Under the pieces are notes generated by a model. It was not told the DNA's origin and searched no databases. It saw nothing but the letters and a program-made list of their open reading frames with translations. A stretch of 60,874 bases of DNA, counting the filler, from Basidioascus undulatus (Eukaryota): assembly GCA_000826855.1 (NCBI GenBank). It is 5 parts of 5 records of this genome, joined end to end, with 100 filler letters (N's around TTAATTAATTAA, not from the genome) between each part and the next. Parts side by side here need not be neighbours in the genome. Positions count along the whole stretch, not along the records: positions 32,282 to 60,874 come from JTLS01000146.1; 4 more parts are not named here. One strand, given 5' to 3'. The position numbers were made by a program, and so were the translations under genes. This document shows positions 52,565 to 60,874 of the stretch, one piece after another. Numbering within the stretch: position 1 is the stretch's first letter; each line of letters opens with the position of its first letter.

Positions 52565-52950
52565 CCGCGCACTCACGCAAAACCTTCCATCTCCCCTCAA
52601 TCTCCCTTTCCAACCCCTCCATTTCCCTCATCAACCTCCTCCGTTCCTCCCTCACTCCAGAGCAGCAGGTAGGCGCAGAAAAGTCCATTCCCAGCCTGAT
52701 CGAGGCGGTTGACCGCCGCAGCCTGGGCCTCGTACAGCTGGGTCCCAGGCGTCTTCTTTCCTGCCAAGCTCGGCGTCCACGGGCTGGTAGGTCGCCTCCA
52801 GCTCTGCTGTCCAGACGAGCGGTGATGAGGGGCAGATCTTTCTCCAGGCGGCGAGGACAGTGAAGAGAGTGTGAATGTCGAAGGATTTACAGGGCTCTGG
52901 GAGGTGAAGCATGCTGAGGCGCAAGGGGATGCTGACGCGGAGGTGCAATA
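52565..52950 (-). pseudogene. Decayed hypothetical gene, copy B of a local duplication
   Basis: PLVWTAELEATY, then in another frame LYEAQAAAVNRLDQAGNGLFCAYLLLW...RWKVLRE. Confidence 0.5.
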
Positions 52951-53500
52951 CTGGCTCGACCTTATAAGGTTGTGCAACTGCATTCGAGACCGCGAAGGGT
53001 GCAAGATTCCCGCACGTCCGTTTCCAGCTTTGATATTTTCACAGAGTGGTCTTCATCGGACAAGGTCCAACTCAGGCCTGCATACAGGCCGATTAGACCA
53101 TAGCAGTGGCCTTTGGGTGTCAAAAGAGGCAGTGTGCATACCAACGTAGGCCCCCAATCAAACTCTGAACGACACCGCTACGGTGACGACTTCGAAGAAC
53201 GAGTTAACCGAGAAGATGGCCGGGCTGGGGATTTGACGTACTGCCCGACCTTCGCTTCAACATGTATCATGATTGGAGTTGTCGGTCGTACTGTTATGGG
53301 GGAAAGGTAAGTGCTTGCAGAAGCAATCGAAGTGGTCATCTGCATTCGGAACCCCCACCCTCAGCGCCCGCCTTACACTCAATAATAAGACACGCACGAC
53401 CATCATCGCTCAAAAATGCTTGTGTCAAGTACGCTCATACAGGAATGCCCACGACGCAATCAAATATTCATCCCCAAGAACCTCAAACATCGCTCCCCAT

Positions 53501-54449
53501 TCAACGGCCCTGATCGTTCCAGTCCGACTGTGGTCAGCGACCGCATCCCGCTCTTCCATTTCCGGAGATTGTACTCACGGTGAGCCACGACCACCACGAC
53601 TTCCCCTCGGCCTTCTTCTTCTGCGCCTCCGCCTCGAGCTGCTCCTTGCGTGCCTGAGCATATTGCGAGTCTGCGTATGCGACGACGGAGTCAGTATCGA
53701 CAGTAGCGCGAGGGAGGGGTTAAGAGACGCACCAAGCTTGGACTTGATGTCCGCCGTGAGCTCAGAGGTGGCGCCGATGGCACGGGCGTACGCTGAACAG
53801 CCCCACAAGATCAGCAACACACCTTCAAATGATCCCCCGAAAAGGAATAGGCGACTCACCAGACTCCGCCTCCGCCTTGAGCTGGTTCCCCGCCGTCTCG
53901 CTGCGGTTTCGCACGTCCGCATACTCCTGGTACGCCTTTGTCTTCGTCGCGTCCCACCCCTCCTGGACCTTCTCTTGCGCGTCGTCCACCGCGCCCTTGG
54001 CGCGCTCGGCCAGGCTGCCCGCCTGCTGGCGCGCCTGCTCGGCAGCCTGCTGGGCAGACTGCTTCCACTCGGCCGACTTGCCCTCCGCGGCGCGCTTGGC
54101 CGCCTCCGCAGACGCGATCGCCTCTTGCTTGGCTTTCTCCGCCTCGGCCTCTGGGTTCGGCGGCTGGTTGAAGTAGTAGTAGGCCCCGCCGGCTACGAGT
54201 GCCGCGCCGACGCCGAGCAAGATGGGAGAACCGCCGCCGCCGCCGGAGGAAGGAGGGGGTCGGGGAGGGGGAGGAGCGCCAGGGGATCCGCCGGGAGGAG
54301 GACGGGGAGGGGCCGCAGAAGCCGCACGGCGGGTCGCGGGGACCTGTTGGCGATGGGATGCGTTAGCTGGTATTCGGTCTATCGCGAGCAGCGGGATTGG
54401 AACCCACAGCGCGACGAGCGGCGAGACGAGAGATGGCGACACGATGCAT
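53501..54449 (-). CDS. LEA-like/coiled-coil protein with mitochondrial presequence and one N-terminal TM helix
   Basis: MHRVAISRLAARRA/VPATRRAAS, Pro-rich spacer, ILLGVGAALVAGGAYYYF, A/E/K/Q-rich helical region, C-terminus KSWWSWLT/GR*. Confidence 0.7.
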
Positions 54450-54941
54450 GATGTTAATGATTTGGTTTGTGATGGAAAGGTGCGCGTAAAGGTGTAAGAA
54501 GTGTTATGAAGGGATTGATTGGGAGAATATGGGAGGAGGGCAAGTCGCGAACGTGGAGCAGGGTGTCTTTTGGAGGCGAGACGAGTTCCAAGTGATGTCA
54601 TTTTGCGAGCGTGCGCAAGTGGCTATCTCCGCAATTGGACTTGATGCATGATGAAGTTAGTTGGAGTATAACGCAGATTAGGTTAGAACGTGTTCATAGA
54701 AGCACAGCCATACCAGACAAGTACGACCGAGATGGGGCGATGCAATCCGACGCGGCCACATAGTCTGACGTGTCCGCCTCAGTCCCTCAGAAACCTCGCT
54801 CACAATCACTGCGAATGGTCTCAAAAGATATCTAATGCACAATGAACCCTTCGTTTCCTGAAACGCAAGAAAATGAAATCGTATTCCTCATCCCCCTGCG
54901 CCCTATCTGCGCGCCCTTCCTCCTTCCCACATCATCACAAT

Positions 54942-57900
54942 CTACTGGTCCTTCTTGTCCTCAACCTCTTGCGCCTTAGCCGCCTCCTCCTCCGCCCGGC
55001 GCTTCTCCCTCCTTTCCCTTTATCCGGTCCGCAGAGTGAGCGTCCGGGGCCGAATGATTGAGCAGAAAAGCCACACGTACCGCCCACGCGTTACCATCTC
55101 TCTAGGCTTGAGGTCCGCAAAGAGGTACTTGCAGGTAATCTCGACGATCCAGCATAACCCATAGTCGAGCGCCATAGCGGCGCAGAGGCGGAACTGGAAC
55201 TGCTCATACACAAGTCACATCCGCGTCAGCATCGCTCCTGCGTATCTCAAGAAAGGGACGAGACGACGAACGCTGTAGTTCATCTGGACGATCTGCAGCC
55301 ACCTGTTGAGCTCGGGCACAAAGTCCGTCGCGCCGCAGACGGCCACCGCGCTGACGCCCATGAGGCCCCAGAACAGCGGCGGGTTCTCGCGCAGGCTCTC
55401 GCGGAACGGACGGCCCTGTACCACGCCACATCCGACCGACATCAGCGGTTCCGTCCTCGATCGACGACGCGGAGTTGAGGGGTGAGCGTAACGAACCTGG
55501 TAGTTGATCGCGAACGTCGAGACCTGCTGCGAGAGGCCGAGGAGGTACACCGCGGTGTTGAGCAGCGTCGGCTTGAACTCAGCCTCGAGGTCGATCGGGC
55601 CACGGCTGCACACACACACATCAGCCATCCATATACGTAACGACAAAGAGGGAGAGACCGAGACACGTACTCCTCGTTCAGGTTCGCTAGGTTGGTGATG
55701 TAGACGAGGAAGAAGATGTGGATCGCGAACTGGAGGAGGACCGAGAGGAGGATGTAGAAGTTGAAGATGTTGCCGAGCGGGCGCTCGCGCGAGAGCTTCT
55801 CGATCGGCTGTGTATCACCACACATTCTTTATCAGCGACAAATCCCGGCTCCGTTTTGGTTGGCGAGCGAGACTCACCTTCGCCTTGGAGATGCACAGGA
55901 AGCAGACGGACATGAGCATGCCGGTGATGGTCATTTGCTGTCCGCCGCAACGCCATCACGGTCAGACTCCCGCTCCTCATGCAGGAGACCGCAGACAAAG
56001 GGAACTCAAACACGCACGTAGTCGCCAGCCTTGATCCCGTCGAGGTACTGCACTGAGAGCGTGTAGGCGGTGATGAGGCAGTTGAGAGCGAGGATCTTGT
56101 ACATCTGAACGGTCGCGACGAGCGTGCAGCGGCCCTGGCGGATGATATTGGTGACTGTTCCCACCACCACACGTCAGCTCACTCTTCTCCAAAGGGACGA
56201 AGCCGAGAAAGAGGGGCCCAACGCACTAGCCGCGACGTTGCTCAGCTTGCTGGTGAACGGTGCCGCGCACGACGCGTCGCCGAGCTTGATCTGGGGCGGC
56301 TCTCCATCGTCCTCCATCTCCGCGAGCTTGTCGGTAATCGAAGCAATGTCGAACTTGGACTGTGGGTTCCGCTGGCGGGCGACGCTGTGTTCCTTCGCGG
56401 CCTTCTTCTGAGCCTCGACAACATCGGGGAAGAGGTGCGCGATCGCAGGCGGAACAGGGGGCGGGGGCTGATTGAAGCGCTGGGAGAGCTTGAGCTGCTG
56501 CTCGTAGACCTTCTTGAAGCGCTCGTTGCGCGCGTGCTCCGCGATCGCCTTGAGGTCCTCCTTCGTGCCCTGCAAGAGCGCGACGCCGATGTGCGCTTGC
56601 TTGAGCGCGCCGACGTCGTTCGTCCCGTCGCCCGCCATGAGCGTCGTGTACCCCAGGCTCTTGAGCGTCGTGAGGATGAACTCCTTCTGGCTCGGGCTCA
56701 CGCGCGCGTACACCCACGTGTTCTGCACGAGCTGGTGCCACTGCGTCGTGCGCGCCTCGTACTGCTTCAGCGCCGCGCCCGTGATGCAGATGTCGTACGT
56801 GTCGAAGAGCGTCGTGTCGAGCGGCGCGGTCGGGTCGACGGGGATGATTTTGGTCTCGTCCACGCTGCGCCAGACGAGGTCTGTCTCACCACCCTTCAAT
56901 CAGCCAGCTGCTACGCACTCTCCATCCCTCCGTATCACCACGCACCGTCCTCCTTCGTCGAGCCTTCAGCAACGTCCAGAATGAGCACCTCGCGGTCGAC
57001 GATCTCGACGTCGCGCGCGACGTGCACGGCCGTGAGCGGGTTGTCGCCGGTAATCATCACGCACTGCGCGACGACCCAACCACATCATCAGCCTCGCATC
57101 CTAGCCGCTCCTGAACTTCCTTCCGGGAACACTCACGCGGTGCGAAGCGTCCGAAAGCATCTTGAGTGTCTCGACTGCGTCCTCCTTAAGCGGGCAGTGG
57201 AAGACCAAGAAGCCCGCAAACCTGAGGTCGCTCTCGACCTGGTCCCTCGCAACAAGCGGGATCTGTCCCCCGCACCGCGCCATCCAATCAGCCTCTCTCC
57301 CCCTCCCCTCCCCTCCTGTCCCTTTCCCTCGTGTACGCACCTGCTCAGTGCCCAACTTCATCTCCTTCCACCCCAGTGCAAGCACGCGGCTGCCCCTCCT
57401 CGTAAACCACTTGAACGTCTCCTCGTAGCCCTCGGGGACAGTCGCAAGCATGCCACGGATCGTCTCGGGCGCGCCCTTGACGCTCACGAGCGTGCGGCAG
57501 TTCGCGCCGGACGGGTCGGACACGCGCGCGATCGTCGACATCCGCTTGAGCGCGGAGGAGAACTGGAAGCGCCGGCGGATATGGATCGCGTGCCGGTGCG
57601 GGGCGGTCTTGGACGTCGGAGCGATGTTGTCGCCTGACATCGAACACCGTCAGCATCAAGTCTGCCTTCCAAACGAGCGGATGAGGGAGAAAACGAACCC
57701 TTCCTGAGCTCCCACTCGAGTGCCTCCAGCGTAGTCTTCTCCATCGGGTCGCCGACGACGCCGCCCTCGTCAAGGAGGACGAGCGCGTGCGCCGCAGCAA
57801 GAGTCAACGTCGTGTCCCTCCCAGTCTCCTTAACCGGTACGAGCTTCTTCGGGTCCTTCGGGCTGTTCATCCCCACCATCGTCATCATTAGCACTTCCCA

Positions 57901-60066
57901 TTCTATCCCACGCTGCCATTTGCCGCCTCTCCTCTCTAAATGGAAAGACCGTCTCTCCTCTCAGAACAAAAGCACGCACTCGATCCCCGCCACCCCCTCC
58001 ACCACCAAATTCTCGCCCGTAATAGTGCCCGTCTTGTCGAAGCAGCAAACGTCGACGCGCCCGGCGCTCGGGATGCGGAACGGCTCCGTGCAGAAGATGG
58101 CAAACTTGCTGAGCGCGACGAGGGATGCGTTGACCGCGAGCGAGAGCTCCATCGGGAGCTCGGGCGGGACGACGGACGTGATGATCAGGATGCAGTCCAG
58201 GATAAGCTTCGACTTTTTGAGGCCGCGCTCGAGACCTGCGGGCAAGGGAGCAGGTGAGCTTTTTCATTGCCAGTCGCTATGGAAAGGGGGGAGAGGGAGA
58301 AGGGAAGAGAGGGAGGGGAGGACACACCCTTGACCCAAACGTAAGCGGACGCAGCGACGGCGAAGATCAAGAGGAAGCCGATGAACAAGAAGCTCTCGAG
58401 GTTGTTCGCGCTGACGCGCTCGGTCGAGAAGATCATAGTCCGGATGAGCTGGCCCTGGGACGTGCCGAACCCGGTCTTCAAGACCAGCGCAACCGCGTTC
58501 CCGTCCGGAGCTATCATCCCACCACCCGTGCGTCAGCCCCTTTCCTTCCATCTCTCCTACACAGACCGAAAGCAGAAGCAGAGTGAAACGCACCGGTCAG
58601 TCCGCCCCTTGCCTTCTGGTCTTCCGCCGAGGGGGGCGCAGCCTGGAGGACCTTCGTCCCGCCGAAAAGGACGTGCAGGTTGCGATCGGCGCTCTCGACG
58701 TCGAGCGCGTCCGCGTCCTCGCGCAGCTCGACACTCTCCTTCAAGAGGGGGGTCGACTCGCCCGAGAGCATCGCCTCGTTCACGATCGCGCTCCCGCGGA
58801 GGAGGAGGAGGTCGCAGGGGAGCGCGGAGGTCTCTTTGGTGCGGCCTGTCGGGGGGAGGAGGGAGAGTGGGATGTTAGAAGGGGAAGGGAAGGGGAAGGG
58901 AGGAAGGTACGCACTGACTGAGACGACGTCGCCCGGAACAAGCTGGTCCGACATGAGCTCCACCCACTCGTTCTGGCGGTGCACGAGCAGCTTGTACGGC
59001 GCGATGGACATCGTGCGGAACTCGTTGAGTGTGCGAAGACGCTGCGGGGCGTGAAATCAGCGTACGGGCGGGCGATCCAAAGTATTAGTAGGGATTGAGC
59101 GCACCTGCCAAACGACAGTGCACTCAAAGACGACGAGCATGAAGCCGGTGAAGAGGGAGTACCAGAAGTACTGTATACCGCGTTATACCGCGTCGCCTGT
59201 CAGACACAGCCAACGCCACGAGGATGGTGATGGAAGCGCACCTCGTCCATGCACCACAGCGCGACGCAGAACATCTGGAAGACGAAGAACGGCGCGACGG
59301 CGTGCTCGGCAAAGAGGCCCATGAACGTCGGGATCGGGATGTGGAAGATGTTTGCGCCGTATTGTTTTTGCAGCTGCCATCCAAAGCCCCATGATCAGTT
59401 TCCCTACCCCTCACCAACTCTTCCTCCTGCGGCCGGAAACGCACCTCGAGGACCTCCTTCTCCGACCCGATCCCGCGCGCGCCCTTGAGCGGGCCGATCG
59501 CCGGGCGGCTGTCGCACGGGTAGGGCAGGCGGCGGAAGGTGTGCGACGCGGCGTCGTAAATGTAAATGTCGGACTGGTACGCGAAGGAGTAGGAGGGGGT
59601 GGTGGAGCCTGGGGTGGGGGTGCTGCGCTGGATGGGGACGAGCTCGGGCTGGCCGCGGTGCGGGTGGGGCTCGACGCGGAGGAGGGAGGCGGACTGGAGG
59701 GAGGAGGCCTAGAACAAGCATAAAAATCAGCTTAGACTGTATAATTGGGGTGGAGGGACAAGATGTGAGAGAGAGAGCACGCACCTTAACGCACTCCGTC
59801 CTAACCCGCCAGCCCATCCCCCATCGCCCGCCGAGCCACCCAAGCGCCTGGCCGCCAACAACAACCAGAACAGCGAGGAACGTCCACTCCTCAGACTTGA
59901 TCCAGTCGTCGTAGCGGATGTAGTACGCGTACGCGAGGAGCGGGTAGAGCGCGGTCCAGAGGATGTATGGGCGGAGGGCGAGCGGGAGCGGGTTGTGGAG
60001 GGAGAGCGAGGCGATGGACGCGGACTGGGCCTGCGGCGGGCCACCCCGCGGGGAGGGGGGAGCCAT
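54942..60066 (-). CDS. SPF1: P5A-type ATPase Spf1 (ER transmembrane-helix dislocase)
   Basis: [84 protein letters not shown]. Confidence 0.96.
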
Positions 60067-60434
60067 GCTGAGGGAGGGTGTGGCGAGAGGTGGGGGAGAG
60101 ACGGCAAAGATGGGGAAGAGGGCAAGCTGGGGCTGCCACGATGCAGAAGACGACAGCGAGCTGCAGCGCACGCCACTGGAATTCAGCACCCACGCAGACC
60201 CGGTAATCTATGGGAAAGCAGCATACCTGTAAGCTGTGACCCTGTTTTGTCTACCGGCTACACTCGATCTTGAAGATGGCCGGCAAGGCGTGAGCGTGGC
60301 CTTCTCATTCCGATGCATTCTCCGCGTGGAGATGGACCGGGGTTACGGTTGCCCCTTCCTGAAACTTAGACGACCTGCCTGCCTTCCTCGTTCCCACTCG
60401 CTATCAATCTACACCCACCCCCATCCCACGCACC

Positions 60435-60874
60435 ATGCCCCCGCATATCAAATTCCCCTCTTCCAGCGCTGCGGACACCGACGTCGACCAGGCCGACGCC
60501 CACGCCGAGGACGTCCCCCTCGCGCAGGGGGACGCGCTTGAGCGCCTCGAGTACGCTGCGGAGCCTGAGCGCGAGGAGGAAAGCGAGAGCGAGAGTGAGG
60601 AGGAGGCGGATGAGCAGGATGATGAGGGTGTTGAGGAGGTTGGACTGGGGGCTGCGAAGGAGGCGGGCGAGAAGCGGCTGAGGGAGGAGGAAGAGCGGTG
60701 CGTCTCCCACCCCCATCCACCATCCATCATCACTCACGCCCGACTGACCTGTCTTACCGTTCAACGACGCAGCGCCGCCGCCTCCCACTCCCGCCTCCGC
60801 GCCCCTAAGAAGCGGCGCGTCTCCGCCTCCCCGCCTCCCTCCCTCCCCGCCGACTCCGCGTTCCCTTCCAAGCT
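60435..60874 (+). CDS. 5' part of an acidic nuclear protein, divergent from SPF1; runs off window
   Basis: MPPHIKF..., EEESESESEEEADEQDDEGVEEV acidic tract, intron near 60698-60773, then NLS-like PKKRRV. Confidence 0.6.
   Translation, partial: MPPHIKFPSSSAADTDVDQADAHAEDVPLAQGDALERLEYAAEPEREEESESESEEEADEQDDEGVEEVGLGAAKEAGEKRLREEEERCVSHPHPPSIITHARLTCLTVQRRSAAASHSRLRAPKKRRVSASPPPSLPADSAFPSK

Noticed and set aside
54648..54768. Possible C/D snoRNA (ATGATGA...CTGA)
   Set aside because: Weak terminal stem and no recognisable rRNA guide sequence.
56387..57637. 416-aa plus-strand ORF and similar long ORFs (53273-54451, 44482-45069)
   Set aside because: Antisense shadows of GC-rich genes on the minus strand.
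14683..60066. Apparent membrane-insertion cluster of EMC8/9, tail-anchored Aha1 and Spf1
   Set aside because: EMC8/9 is on a different contig; AHA1 and SPF1 are over 12 kb apart with unrelated genes between them.
1..60874. tRNA, rRNA, CRISPR arrays or intact transposons
   Set aside because: None recognised by eye; tRNAscan-SE and a repeat library search would be needed to exclude them.

Overview
Intron-rich, GC-rich fungal DNA, most likely a basidiomycete (short GT-AG introns with GTGCGT/GTGAGT donors and CTGAC/CTGAT branch points). The window is five contigs joined by artificial 100-bp spacers (N44-TTAATTAATTAA-N44), so adjacency across gaps carries no meaning. Recognisable genes: a Pho84-like MFS transporter, a coiled-coil protein, a SWIM zinc-finger protein, an F-box protein, EMC8/9, a subtilisin (S8) C-terminal part, a Yvc1-like TRP channel, a PQ-loop transporter, dynein light chain LC8, a Rac GTPase C-terminus, Hsp12, Aha1, C1-THF synthase, a LEA-like protein and the P5A ATPase Spf1. 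Decayed pseudogenes lie between them (PDR ABC fragment, multicopper oxidase, Prm10-like, F-box-like). The best lead is the last AHA1 intron: splicing it gives the soluble C-terminus (FGLGTIL), while retaining it gives a Pro/Ser linker plus a C-terminal hydrophobic helix, i.e. a predicted tail-anchored Hsp90 co-chaperone. Other leads are a long hairpin with alternative pairing in intron 1 of C1-THF synthase, dual-AUG targeting of that gene, and an LC8 start codon split by an intron. Exon boundaries were read by eye and family calls rest on recalled motifs, not database searches.
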